Shown here: positions 1-9,607 of the stretch, one piece after another
How the letters are laid out: every line of letters starts with the position of its first letter
Position numbering within the stretch: position 1 is the first letter of the stretch
Source of the DNA: Acidobacteriota bacterium
Lineage (GTDB): Bacteria > Acidobacteriota > Polarisedimenticolia > J045
DNA length: 64,000 nt
NCBI GenBank assembly: GCA_025456425.1
Contig: JALOKP010000007.1
Span: forward strand, 622-64,621
Direction: 5' to 3'
The notes under the pieces: generated by a model
Told to the model about the DNA's origin: nothing
Database searches by the model: none
What the model saw: the letters and a program-made list of their open reading frames with translations, nothing else
Made by a program: the position numbers and the translations under genes

Positions 1-462
1 CACGATCCACAGCTCGCGCCCCTGGACCGACAGGCCCGCGCTGGAGAGCCGCACCAGGTCCGGGTGGGCCGCGGCGATCGCCTGCAGCTCGGAGGTGAGC
101 GTCTCGTAGGTGTGGTAGCTGGGCGGGATCGAGCCCGGCGCCGCGGGCGCGAGCGGCGCGTTCGCGGCCCGCTCTCGCGCCCATTGCAGGTGCGCCTCGT
201 CTGCGACCTGCTCGACGTCGAACCCCAGCTCGCGCAGCTTGACCAGCTCCTTCTCCACCAGGTACGCGCGGGCGCGGTCGAAGTTCACGCCGTCGACGTC
301 GATCTCCAGCTCCAGCAGCAGCCAGAGGTCGGGGATCCGGTCGCGCAGCAGGATCTCGGCGGGGAAGACCGGGCCCGGCTCGCCCCGGCCAGCGGCGCGG
401 GCCGCCGGCGGGGGCGCGAGGAGCGCGAGCAGCAAGGTCAGGGTGGAGAGCGTCGTTCTCAA
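1..462 (-). CDS. M14 zinc carboxypeptidase-like protein, N-terminal part (gene runs off the window start)
   Basis: Minus frame is open from TTG at 462 to the window edge. Translation LRTTLSTLTLLLALLAPPPAARAAG looks like a signal peptide. It is followed by YHTYETLTSELQAIAAAHPDLVRLSSAGLSVQGRELWIV, the typical M14 N-terminal signature. Not in the ORF track because it is edge-truncated. Confidence 0.6.
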   Translation of the reverse strand, partial: MRTTLSTLTLLLALLAPPPAARAAGRGEPGPVFPAEILLRDRIPDLWLLLELEIDVDGVNFDRARAYLVEKELVKLRELGFDVEQVADEAHLQWARERAANAPLAPAAPGSIPPSYHTYETLTSELQAIAAAHPDLVRLSSAGLSVQGRELWIV

Positions 463-475
463 GCGGTGGTCTCCG

Positions 476-3400
476 TTACGGGCAGGCGCCCGTGCTGCTC
501 TGCAGGCGTGGGCCGTCGGTGGCGTTCCCGGCCGGCCCCTCCCCGCCGGCGTTCGCCGCGCGCACCAGGTACCAGTACAGCCCGCCCGCCGGCGGCGATT
601 CCAGCAGCACCGGCCCGGTGTACGGCTCGGTCGTCTCCAGCCGCAGGCAGGAGTCCGCGGCCGCGCTGAGCAGCGCCGGCAGGTCGGCCGCCGTGCCGCG
701 GTAGAGCCGGTACGAGGTCGCGCCGCCGATCGGCTCCCACTGCTGGGCGGTCTTCCCGATCCAGGCCTGCTGCACCGGCTCGCTGGTCGGCGGGGCCGAC
801 AGGCAGTCGTTGCAGGCCCAGCCCGAGCCGGTCGTCAGCTCCAGCGACCAGCCGGTGATCGTCCCGGAGTCGCTCCCCGCGGAGTCGACCGCCTTCAGCG
901 TCCAGGTGCCGTTGGCCGGGATCCCGGCCAGCGCGCCCAGCGGGGTCTCCGGCTTGAAGGAGCCGGTGAAGGGCGCGGTGCCGCTGGCGATCGGCGTGGT
1001 CGCCGCGTCGTCGAAGATGGTGTCGACGAAGTTGTCGCCGGACGAGCCGCGGCGGTTGGAGAGCGCGACCGAGACGCCGTTGGGCCCGATCAGCGACAGG
1101 GTCAGGTCGCCGTCGAAGGTGTGCGTGACGTTGACCTTGACCTTGATCGCCTGGACCGGGTTGGCGTCGGTCACGGCGATCGTGCTGCTCGCGCCGGCCG
1201 GGTCGTTGTCCGGAATCGGCTTGGGCACGTCGGTCGAGGGGTAGGTCGTGGTGCTGTACGCCAGCGCGCCGACCCGCACCGTGAAGGGGCTGCTGAAGCT
1301 CCCCTGGCCGGTGTGGACCGTCAGCACGAAGGCGATCTCGCCGCCGCACGGCACCCCCTGGCCGGCGATGAAGGCGAAGTGGGGGGCGAGGCTCGACGCG
1401 GCCTGGTTGACCGCCAGGTCGGGATACGAGGCGGTCGGGCGCGTCACGTAGACGTCGGGCGTGATCGCGGTCAGCGTCGCGCTGACGCCCGTCAGGTCGA
1501 TCGCGCCGTTGTTGCGGATCACGACCGGCAGCGTGACCTCCTCGCCGCGGTCGACGATCCCGTTGCCGGCGCCGGGGCCGCCCGCCGCGCAGGCGTCGGC
1601 CGCCACCGAGAACGACTGGAAGACCGCCGACGGGCCGCAGACCCGCGGCTCGTAGGTGAACCGCAGGCTCCAGTCCTGGATCGTCCCGCTGTCGCCGGAA
1701 GCCGAGTCGACGATCTTCAGCTTCCAGGCGCCGGCCGCGACCTGGCCATTCACGGCGGCGAGCGGGGCTTCGGGGCGGTACGAGCCGGCGAAGGGCGCCG
1801 TGCCGTTCGCGATCGCGGTCGCCGCCGCGTCGTCGAAGACCGTCCCGGTGTAGTTGTCGCCCGACGAGCCGCGCCGGCTGGACAGCGCGATCGTCGTCCC
1901 GTCGGGAGCGATCAGGCTCAGCGAGATGTCGCCGTCGTAGGTGTGCGTGACGTTCACGACGACGTCCAGGTCGACGATCTTCTGCAGCGTCGTGAACAGA
2001 TAGTACGCGCCGCCGTTGGTGTCGACGGTGAGGTTGCCGTAGGCGTCGACCGACTCGACGGCGTAGTAGTAGGTGGCGCAAGCGGTCAGCCCGGTCAGGG
2101 CCACCGCGTGGCCGCCGACCAGGGCGCCGGCCGAGGCCGTCAGGTCCGGCGGGATCGCCAGCCCGTAGCGCACGACGCTGGTCGCGGGGTCGTCGGTCGT
2201 CCACTGGATCACCGCGCTGTTGCCGGTGACGTCAAAGGCGAAGACGTTCGAGATGACCGGCGCGGCGCAGTCCGCGGATGCGCTGTCGGTCACCGGGACG
2301 TCGAAGTTCCCCTGCCCGTCGTCGGCGTCGAGGTAGGTCACGGTCAGCGTGTCGGCGTGGACCACCGAGACCAGGCCGTCCCCGGCGGAGGCCGGGGCGG
2401 CGGTCAGGGCCACCGTGCCGCGGAACCAGGTGTCCTGCGGCGCGGGGAGCCGCGCCAGCGTGACGGTCTCGCCCGCGGCGTCGGTGGCGGAGGCCGCCTG
2501 GACCGTCAGCTCCGGCCCGGCGACGTTGGTGTCGCGGACGGTGATCGTCGCCGTCCCGCTGCAGGAGTAGGCGTCGGCGTCCAGGCTGACCTGCGCCCCG
2601 CACGGCGCCGGCGGGAAGAGCAGTTGCAGCGACCAGCCGTTGATCGTCCCCGTGTCGGAGCCGGCGCTGTCGACGACTTTGAGCGTCCAGTCGCCGTAGG
2701 AGGCGATCCCGTTCAGCGCGGCCAGCGGGCTCTCCGGCCGGAACGAGCCGGTGAACGGCGGGCTCCCGGCCGAGATCGGGGTCGCCGCGTCGTCGTCGAA
2801 GACGGTGGCGACGTAGTTGTCGCCGGACGATCCGCGCCGGGTCGACAGCGGCACCGTCCGCCCGTCCGGCGCGATCAGCGACAGCGCGATGTCGCCGTCG
2901 TAGCTGTGCGTGAGGTTCGCCGTCACGACGACCTTGGTGACGTAGTCGAAGTACGGGACGTTGATCACGGCGCTGGCGCCGGCCGGGTTGTTGTCCGGAA
3001 TCGGGACCGGCGCGCCGGTGTAGGGGTAGGTCGGGTTCGTGTTCGAGCCGGTGCGGAAGGTGTAGTACGCGCCGCCGTTGGTGTCGGTCGTCGGATTGCC
3101 GGCCGGGTCGGTCGAGGTGACCGAGTAGTAGTAGGTCGTGCACGGCTGCAGGCCGGTCAGCGGGACCAGGTGGTTGACGGTCACGACCGCGCTCCCGGTC
3201 GAGCCGGCGGCCGGCGGAAAGGCGGTGTCGTAGGTCACCGAGGCGGTCGCCAGCTCGTCGGTGGTCCAGACGACCTGGGCCGAGTTGCCGGTCACGTTCT
3301 GCGTCGCGACGCCCGAGATCACCGGGCCCGCGCAGTCGATCAGTGCGATCTTCCTCACCGGCACGTTGACGCCGCCCTGGCCGTCGTCCTCGTCGATGTA

Positions 3401-5104
3401 GAGCACGGTCACGACGTCGCCCGGGCTGACCGACAGGTGCCCGTCGCCGTTGACCGGCGCGTCCGGCGCCACCGGGAAGGTCCCGGTGAAGAAGCCGGAA
3501 CCGGGCTCGGTGGCGGTCAGCACGACCGTCTCCGGGGCGGTTTCGGTGTTCGAGGTGACGGTGACGATCTGCGTCTCGTAGCCGCGCAGGTTGTCGTCGC
3601 GCAGCGTGATCAGCATCGTGTCGGTGCAGGCGTAGGTGGCGCTGTCGAGCGAGACCGATCCCGTCGGGTTGAAGGCGCAGACGATGCCGTCGACGCCGTC
3701 CATCGTGAGCTGCCCGGTGACGTTGGGGTCCAGCCAGTCGGACAGCCGCGACGAACTGGTCCCGCCGCCGATCCACGAGGCGTCGAGCTTGCCGTACTCG
3801 TCGTAGGTGATGCTGGTGCACGACGCGGTGCCGCCGTGGAGCTGGCCGATGATGTGGTGGTTCTGGTCGAAGAGCGGCGAGCCCGAGGAGCCGGGCTCGG
3901 TCGTCCCCTCTTCGTACTCCCCGATCCGCCAGTGGTTGGGGCCCCAGTTGCTGCCGTTGGTGGCCGGGTCGTCGTCATAAGCGATCTTCTTCACGTCGCC
4001 GCGCGGGTGGTGGATGACGATGCTCTCGTTGGGCGGGGTCGTGCCGCGGTTCCAGCCGTTGTAGTAGACGTCGAACTCCTCGGGCGGGCTTCCGTTCATC
4101 TGCAGCAGGGTGAAGTCGCTGCTGGCGTAGTTCGCCAGGACGGTCGCGCCGCTGACGGTCTGGGTGCTCGGTGGCGGCGGATTCCCGCTGTTGCAGGCCG
4201 AGCGCTCGAAGTTGAAGCCGAAGACGGTGCTGGTCCCGGCGCTGCAGTGCGCCGCGGTCAGGACGTAGGGCCGGCAGTCGTTGGCGGTGGTGTTGATCAG
4301 CGAGCCGGAGCAGAACCCCTCGCCCCCGCTGAGCAGGATCACCGCGCCGCGCCTTTCGTCCTGCCAGTTCGCGCCCAGGGGGCAGGCGACGTCGATGTTG
4401 CACGAGCCGGAGTCGCCGATCCCGTCGGTCCCGGCCTTGGCCCTTCCGATCGTCCCGAACGGCAGGAAGCCGTGCGAGACGGCCCCCAGGTGCAGCCGCG
4501 GCTCGACCCCGGCCAGCTTCGCGGGCCAGAGCAGCTCGACGACCAGCTCGTCCCCTTCGATCGGGGGAACCCACAGCTCGCCGTGATCGCGGACGTCGGC
4601 CGCGGAGTAGGAGCGCGGGGCCTGCAGCGCCGGGTCGTAGACGAAGAGGGTGGCGCCCGGCTCGAGCTGGAACTGGTCGAAGCCCAGCACGACCCAGAGG
4701 GCGCCGGCGGTCTGGACGCGCAGCCGCCAGATCCGGCTGCCGTCCTTCAGGTCCTCCCAGGTGCCGGCCGTCGCGGGCGAGAGGTCGGTGGCCATCCGGT
4801 AGCCGATCCGGAGCGGCGTCCCGGTCTTCCCGCCGCGGGCGGCGTCCTCCCGCAGCGCCCGCGCGTCGACCGGCGGGGAGGTCCAGGCGGGAACCTCGGC
4901 CAGCGGCCGGAGCCCCTGGTGCGCCGGGGAGACCGGCCGCGCGGACCCCTCGGCCAGCGCCGCGGCGGGCGCGGCGGCCAGCGCGAGCAGCGCCAGCAGG
5001 CCGGCGGCGGCGCGGGCCGGGCGGGATCGGCGAGAGGGCCGGGACGGACGGGACGGACGGGACGGACGGACGGAACGGGAACCCGGGATCTGACCGCATG
5101 CCAT
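476..5104 (-). CDS. Secreted S1 (lysyl-endopeptidase/trypsin-like) serine protease with three proprotein-convertase P-domains, FN3-like modules and a C-terminal shared module
   Basis: ORF 476..5164. Likely start is ATG 5104 (MACGQ...), before the signal-like RRSRPARAAAGLLALLALAAAPAAALA. Catalytic motifs YVLTAAHC and EPGSSGSPLF are present. There are three copies of NVTHTYDGD(I/L)xLSLIxPxG...RRGSSGDN (P-domain) and two VTGNSA..WTTD..YYY FN3-like units. Confidence 0.85.
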   Translation of the reverse strand: MACGQIPGSRSVRPSRPSRPSRPSRRSRPARAAAGLLALLALAAAPAAALAEGSARPVSPAHQGLRPLAEVPAWTSPPVDARALREDAARGGKTGTPLRIGYRMATDLSPATAGTWEDLKDGSRIWRLRVQTAGALWVVLGFDQFQLEPGATLFVYDPALQAPRSYSAADVRDHGELWVPPIEGDELVVELLWPAKLAGVEPRLHLGAVSHGFLPFGTIGRAKAGTDGIGDSGSCNIDVACPLGANWQDERRGAVILLSGGEGFCSGSLINTTANDCRPYVLTAAHCSAGTSTVFGFNFERSACNSGNPPPPSTQTVSGATVLANYASSDFTLLQMNGSPPEEFDVYYNGWNRGTTPPNESIVIHHPRGDVKKIAYDDDPATNGSNWGPNHWRIGEYEEGTTEPGSSGSPLFDQNHHIIGQLHGGTASCTSITYDEYGKLDASWIGGGTSSSRLSDWLDPNVTGQLTMDGVDGIVCAFNPTGSVSLDSATYACTDTMLITLRDDNLRGYETQIVTVTSNTETAPETVVLTATEPGSGFFTGTFPVAPDAPVNGDGHLSVSPGDVVTVLYIDEDDGQGGVNVPVRKIALIDCAGPVISGVATQNVTGNSAQVVWTTDELATASVTYDTAFPPAAGSTGSAVVTVNHLVPLTGLQPCTTYYYSVTSTDPAGNPTTDTNGGAYYTFRTGSNTNPTYPYTGAPVPIPDNNPAGASAVINVPYFDYVTKVVVTANLTHSYDGDIALSLIAPDGRTVPLSTRRGSSGDNYVATVFDDDAATPISAGSPPFTGSFRPESPLAALNGIASYGDWTLKVVDSAGSDTGTINGWSLQLLFPPAPCGAQVSLDADAYSCSGTATITVRDTNVAGPELTVQAASATDAAGETVTLARLPAPQDTWFRGTVALTAAPASAGDGLVSVVHADTLTVTYLDADDGQGNFDVPVTDSASADCAAPVISNVFAFDVTGNSAVIQWTTDDPATSVVRYGLAIPPDLTASAGALVGGHAVALTGLTACATYYYAVESVDAYGNLTVDTNGGAYYLFTTLQKIVDLDVVVNVTHTYDGDISLSLIAPDGTTIALSSRRGSSGDNYTGTVFDDAAATAIANGTAPFAGSYRPEAPLAAVNGQVAAGAWKLKIVDSASGDSGTIQDWSLRFTYEPRVCGPSAVFQSFSVAADACAAGGPGAGNGIVDRGEEVTLPVVIRNNGAIDLTGVSATLTAITPDVYVTRPTASYPDLAVNQAASSLAPHFAFIAGQGVPCGGEIAFVLTVHTGQGSFSSPFTVRVGALAYSTTTYPSTDVPKPIPDNDPAGASSTIAVTDANPVQAIKVKVNVTHTFDGDLTLSLIGPNGVSVALSNRRGSSGDNFVDTIFDDAATTPIASGTAPFTGSFKPETPLGALAGIPANGTWTLKAVDSAGSDSGTITGWSLELTTGSGWACNDCLSAPPTSEPVQQAWIGKTAQQWEPIGGATSYRLYRGTAADLPALLSAAADSCLRLETTEPYTGPVLLESPPAGGLYWYLVRAANAGGEGPAGNATDGPRLQSSTGACP
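5041..5076 (-). repeat. 9-bp tandem repeat (gggacggac x3 plus one degenerate copy) encoding (RPS)n in the signal-peptide n-region
   Basis: Read directly: gggacggac gggacggac gggacggac ggacggaac. It translates on the minus strand as SRPSRPSRPSRPS. Confidence 0.8.
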
Positions 5105-5221
5105 GAATGCCCCCTCACTCGACGGAACGGCACACCTCGCCCGCGATGATACGGAGTCCGACAACCTCGATGGAAGGTCCGGTGTTCGGGCCCGTGCGGC
5201 AAGACTGAAAGTCCCGGGACG

Positions 5222-8200
5222 CTACGGGCTAGTCCGCAGCGGGTCGCGGTGGCGGCCTTCGGCGACGGCGCGCTCCCCCTCCCACCGCAGCGGGATCAGC
5301 CCCTCGTTGGCGACGACGCGCAGCAGACGGCGCAGCTCCGCCGCTGACGGCTGCCCGGAGAGCGTCAGCTCGACCCGCGCCTCGTCGCCCGCGAGCGGCA
5401 CGACGCCGTACAGCCCGGCCTTCCCGCCCGGGGCGCGCGCGTCGACGAGGACCTCGAAGCCGGCGAGCTCGCGTCGCCCGGACACGGCGACGAGACCCAC
5501 CGCGCCCGCGCCCGGCTCGACGGCGATCTCGAGCGCCTGGATCCCGGCTGCGGGGCGAATCTTCAGCAGCACGGTCGTCGTGCCGCGCGAGGTGCCCGGC
5601 GCGCGCGCCGTGCGCGCGCGCTCGAGCGTCATCGTCGCCCCGGCTGGCCGCGCGAACTCCAGCGTCGCCGGTGCGTTCTGCAAGACAGGACGGCGCGAGG
5701 TCGGGAGCGCGTCCGCTTCGGCCCGGTTGCCGCTGACCTCGCCGTACAGGATGGCGGCGAAGTTCAGCGGGTCGGGCGCGGCGGCGGCAAGGAACGCGGA
5801 GCGCTGGGCCGGCGCGAACTGCCAGTCGGACCCCGCCGCCGCTGCCGCCGGGAAGCGGCGCCGCGGGTGCGCGGGATCGGGATCCGGATAGCCGACGGGC
5901 ACGATCAGCCCGACCACGTACTGCGCGATGAGCGAGGCGTCGAAGAAGGTCACGCTGCCGTCGCCCGAGACGTCGGCCGCCCGGCGCTGCAGCGGGGTGA
6001 GGACGACCCACCCCAGCGCGGACTTGGCCGCGAGCAGGGCGTCGTAGCTGGACACGAAGGGACTGCTCGCGGCGTCGAGCCGAGGCTGCGGCGTGACGGT
6101 CACCTGCTGGAAGCGGGGTCCCAGGTCGTACAGGCCGTCCGCGCCGGTCGTCGCCTCGCCGCTGCTGCTCCCGGTGAGCGCCAGCCGGACGCCGGCCTCC
6201 GCGACGAATGGCTGCGCGGGCTCGTGGCCCGCCGAGTCGCGGTAGTAGCGCACCATCCCGGTCACCGGGCACGCACCGCTCGGCCCGTACGCGCACTCGC
6301 CGCCGGGACAGGAGCCGAGCGTGCAGAAGCTCACCTCCGGGCAGCTGAGGCCGGCCTCGGGGTCCTCGTTCTGGAGGCCGTCGCAGTCGTCGTCGAGGCC
6401 GTTGCAGGTTTCGGCGGCGCCGGGGAAGACCGCCGGATCGAGCGGCATGCAGTCGCCGGCCGCGGCCGTCGTTCCGGACGGTTGCCGGCAGGCGCTGGTC
6501 ACTTCCCCCGCCACGCCGAAGCCGTCGCCGTCGGCGTCCGCGTACCACGGCCGCGGCGCGCACTGCGCGCAGTAGGCCCCGGAGTCGGCGCCGTCGGTCG
6601 CCGTGCCCCAGACCAGCATCTGCTCGCCCGACCAGACCGGGCGCTGCGCGGCCGTGGCGACCGGGGACGCGACCGCGGAGATCGGCCGCCAGGTGTCGGA
6701 CGCGGGCTCGTAGCGCGTGCCACCGGCGGCGCACCAGTGGAGCACCTCCTGCCCCGTGAAGAGCGCCTGCCCGCCGCAGCCGGGGGCGGGCGCGCCCGCG
6801 GTCGAGGCCGGGCGCCAGGCGTCGAGCTGCGGGTCGTAGAGCGCCGGCGGGTCGACGCATCCGGCAACGAACATCTCCGCGCCGGTCCACGCCGCGGCGT
6901 GGCCGGTGCAGGAGAGCGGCGCGTTGGTTTCGGACAGCGGCGTCCAGGCGTCGGTGTCGGGGCGATAGGCCGCGCCACCCGCTGTGACGGCGCCGTCCGC
7001 GCCGGTCCCGCCCCAGACGATCATCCCGTCGCCGGACCAGGTCGCGGTGTGGTCGAGGCGCGCGCTCGGCGCGCCGTCCGCCGGGATCGGCAGCCAGCGG
7101 TCCAGCTGCGGGTCGTAGCGGCCGCCGGTGTCGATGGCGAACGACGGATCGTTCCAGCCGTACCCGCCGATCCCGCCCCAGACGAGCATCTCGGTCCCCG
7201 ACCAGACCGCGGCCGGAAGCGCGCGGCCCTCCGGCGCGCCGTCGCTGGCGATGTCGGTCCACGCGTCGAGCGCGGGATCGTAGGCGACGCCGGGTGCCGT
7301 CGTCGGGTAGGCGAAGCGAACCTCGCGCCCGCCCCACACGACCATGCGATCGCCGGCCCAGAGCGCTGCGTGCTGCATGCGCGCGGGCAGCGACGCGGGC
7401 TCCGCGGTCGGGAGCCAGGCGTTCGTCGCGGGCTCGTAGCGGCCGCCGCTCTTGCGGGCATATTCGTTGTCGCCGCAGCGGAAGTACCCCCGCCCGCCGC
7501 CCCAGACGATCAGCTCGGCCCCGCTCCAGGTCGCGGAGTGGTCCACGCGGGCGAGCGGCGCGCCGCTGGTGCGGGTCGGCGTCCAGGCGTTGGTCGCGGG
7601 GTCGTAGCGGCCGCCGGATGAGAGGCCGGTCCGGCCGTCGGTGTGGAAGCGGTACTCGCCGCCCCAGACGATCATCTCGCGGCCGGTCCAGACGGCGGTG
7701 TGGTAGCCGCGCGAGAGCGGGCTTCCGATGGACGCGATCGGCGTCGCGCGGTCGGCGACCGGGTCGTAGCGGTAGCCCGCTTCGGTGGAGTAGCACTGCC
7801 CCCACCAGCCGCCGAAGACGAGCATCTCGGACCCGGTCCAGACCGCGGTGTGGGCCCACGCCTCCTCGCCGAAGTGCACGGGTCGCCACGCGTCGGCCAC
7901 GGGGTCGTACGCGCCTCCCGAGGTGCCAAACAGGTATCCGCCCCAGACGATCATCTCGGTCCCGGTCCAGACCGCGGTGTGGCCGTTCGTGGTGTACACG
8001 CGCGCGTCGGTCGCGATTGGGCGCCAGGTATCGGTGACCGGGTCATAGCGTCCGCCCTGCTGCTGCGGGAAGATCTCCCCGCCCCAGACGATCATCTCGC
8101 TGCCGGTCCAGACCGCCGTGTGACCCTGGCCGATCTGCGGCGCGCCGTCGCTGGCGATCGGGAACCACGCGTCGAGGTCCGGCCGGTAACGCGCTCCCGT

Positions 8201-9607
8201 CCGCGTGTCGCCGAGGTAGAAGAGGACCTCTGTCCCGGTCCAGACGGCGTTGAGCGTGCCGTACTGGCTGGTCAGCGGGATGCTCGTCGGGGCGATCGGG
8301 CGCCAGCGGTCGAGCGCCGGGTCGTAGGCCGCGCCGTCCGGCAGCGCGGAGTAGCCCGCGCCGCGTCCGCCCCAGACGATCAGCTCGCTGCCGGTCCAGA
8401 CCGACAGCGCCTCGCGCCGCGGGGAGGGCGCGCCTTCGGACGACATCGGCATCCAGGTGTCGGTCGTCGGGTCGTAGCGGGCACCGTCATCGAGGACGAG
8501 CGAGGCCTCGTCGCTCAACTGCCCGCCCCAGACCAGCATCTCCGTCCCGGTCCAGGCCGCGACGTGCTTCCAGCGCGCCCGCGGCTCGACCTGCAGCGGG
8601 CCGGACCAAGAGTCGTCCGTGCATCCGGCGTCGCCGATCGCGGGGAGACGGAGCGGTTTGTCGCCGGAGGATGCAGTGCGCGAAAGCGGCGCCGGCGCGT
8701 CCCCCGCGAACTGCACCCGCGCCCCGGCCCACCACGCCTCGAACGGTGTCTTCGCGAAGCGCGCGTGGCCGACCCGCAGCTGCGGGCCGCCCGACCCCAG
8801 CACGACCTGCGCCTCGAACGACTCGTCGTCCTCGACGAGCCGCGTCGGGCGGGCCAGCGGTAGCTGCGCGAGCAGGTCCGCGAGCGGTGTGCCCGCCGCG
8901 GTCCGCACGGGCACACCCAGCTCGACCGCGAGCTGGCGCACCCGCGTCTCCCAGCGCTCCTCGTCGAGCACCACGACGCCGCGCGCCAGCCAGCGCTCGC
9001 TCTCGCGCGGATCCGCGGCCGCGTGGGGGTCGAGCCGCCAGGTGTCGACGTGGAAGCCGGGCAGCGCGTAGAAGTCGCCACTGCGGGCGGCGGACTCGAC
9101 GAGCTGCGCGGCGCGCTGGCGCGTCCCGGCGTGCAGCCGCGCGTCGCGCGCGTAGCGCGGCCGGATCAGCGACTCCACGAGCCGCGGCCGGACCAGCGCT
9201 TCCGCGAGGCGCGCCGGGTCGTCGTCGAGTGCCGCGAACAGCTCGCGCAGGAAGGCGGGATCGCGCGAGGTCCGCGCCATGCGGTCCAACTCCGCCTGCA
9301 GCGCGGCGGTGCCGACCCGGAAGCCCCACAGCTGAGCGAGCGCCTGCGACTTCGCCTGCGCGTCGGCGGCACGGGCGCGGGCGGCGGCCAGGGAAAGCGG
9401 GGATGGCGCTTGCGAGGCCGCGGACGCCGGGCCGCCGGAGCGGTGCCGCGCGTAGACCGCCTCGAGCGCGGAGAGGTCGCGCGCGACTGCGTCGAGCGCG
9501 TCGCCTGCCGCGGCCCCGGCCGGCGCAACGAACGCCGCCAGCGCCAGCAGCGCGGCGGCCGGCGCGATACGGCGCGAGAGGATTCGGCTGTAGGGGTTCA
9601 AGGTCAC
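5222..9607 (-). CDS. Secreted giant Kelch-repeat (double beta-propeller) protein with a MopE-like Cys/Asp metal-binding motif and a dockerin-like segment
   Basis: 1461-aa ORF with GTG start and signal-like LSRRIAPAAALLALAAFVAPAGAAAG. More than 12 repeats of the form HTAVWTGxEMIVWGG...YDPxxDxW (Kelch). Also WYADADGDGFG...CNGLDDDCDG and DVSGDGSVTFFDASLIAQYVVG. Confidence 0.85.
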   Translation of the reverse strand: MTLNPYSRILSRRIAPAAALLALAAFVAPAGAAAGDALDAVARDLSALEAVYARHRSGGPASAASQAPSPLSLAAARARAADAQAKSQALAQLWGFRVGTAALQAELDRMARTSRDPAFLRELFAALDDDPARLAEALVRPRLVESLIRPRYARDARLHAGTRQRAAQLVESAARSGDFYALPGFHVDTWRLDPHAAADPRESERWLARGVVVLDEERWETRVRQLAVELGVPVRTAAGTPLADLLAQLPLARPTRLVEDDESFEAQVVLGSGGPQLRVGHARFAKTPFEAWWAGARVQFAGDAPAPLSRTASSGDKPLRLPAIGDAGCTDDSWSGPLQVEPRARWKHVAAWTGTEMLVWGGQLSDEASLVLDDGARYDPTTDTWMPMSSEGAPSPRREALSVWTGSELIVWGGRGAGYSALPDGAAYDPALDRWRPIAPTSIPLTSQYGTLNAVWTGTEVLFYLGDTRTGARYRPDLDAWFPIASDGAPQIGQGHTAVWTGSEMIVWGGEIFPQQQGGRYDPVTDTWRPIATDARVYTTNGHTAVWTGTEMIVWGGYLFGTSGGAYDPVADAWRPVHFGEEAWAHTAVWTGSEMLVFGGWWGQCYSTEAGYRYDPVADRATPIASIGSPLSRGYHTAVWTGREMIVWGGEYRFHTDGRTGLSSGGRYDPATNAWTPTRTSGAPLARVDHSATWSGAELIVWGGGRGYFRCGDNEYARKSGGRYEPATNAWLPTAEPASLPARMQHAALWAGDRMVVWGGREVRFAYPTTAPGVAYDPALDAWTDIASDGAPEGRALPAAVWSGTEMLVWGGIGGYGWNDPSFAIDTGGRYDPQLDRWLPIPADGAPSARLDHTATWSGDGMIVWGGTGADGAVTAGGAAYRPDTDAWTPLSETNAPLSCTGHAAAWTGAEMFVAGCVDPPALYDPQLDAWRPASTAGAPAPGCGGQALFTGQEVLHWCAAGGTRYEPASDTWRPISAVASPVATAAQRPVWSGEQMLVWGTATDGADSGAYCAQCAPRPWYADADGDGFGVAGEVTSACRQPSGTTAAAGDCMPLDPAVFPGAAETCNGLDDDCDGLQNEDPEAGLSCPEVSFCTLGSCPGGECAYGPSGACPVTGMVRYYRDSAGHEPAQPFVAEAGVRLALTGSSSGEATTGADGLYDLGPRFQQVTVTPQPRLDAASSPFVSSYDALLAAKSALGWVVLTPLQRRAADVSGDGSVTFFDASLIAQYVVGLIVPVGYPDPDPAHPRRRFPAAAAAGSDWQFAPAQRSAFLAAAAPDPLNFAAILYGEVSGNRAEADALPTSRRPVLQNAPATLEFARPAGATMTLERARTARAPGTSRGTTTVLLKIRPAAGIQALEIAVEPGAGAVGLVAVSGRRELAGFEVLVDARAPGGKAGLYGVVPLAGDEARVELTLSGQPSAAELRRLLRVVANEGLIPLRWEGERAVAEGRHRDPLRTSP
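6607..8617 (-). repeat. Coding tandem Kelch-blade repeats (approximate span)
   Basis: Recurrent W(T/S)G.E(M/L)(I/L)VWGG / YDP..D.W peptide periodicity of about 45-55 aa inside the 5222..9607 CDS. Confidence 0.7.

Noticed and set aside
239-5149. Very long ORFs antisense or out of frame to the real genes (for example 239..5149 +, 459..2204 -, 5229..7889 -, 5867..7621 +, 10358..13390 -, 16904..19648 -, 24781..28698 +, 38622..40022 -, 39884..41710 -, 43982..45328 -, 61976..63883 -).
   Set aside because: Their translations are Arg/Gly/Ala/Pro-dominated low-complexity strings with no motifs. The overlapping frame in each case encodes a motif-rich protein. These are classic shadow ORFs of high-GC DNA with few stop codons.
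5104-5164. N-terminal extensions offered by the ORF track for many genes (for example 5164, 15301, 20352, 24346, 28533, 30693, 36502, 51166, 57138, 61930).
   Set aside because: An internal start gives a canonical signal peptide, an SD sequence, or an ATGA/GTGA coupling to the upstream gene. The extensions are compositionally shadow-like.
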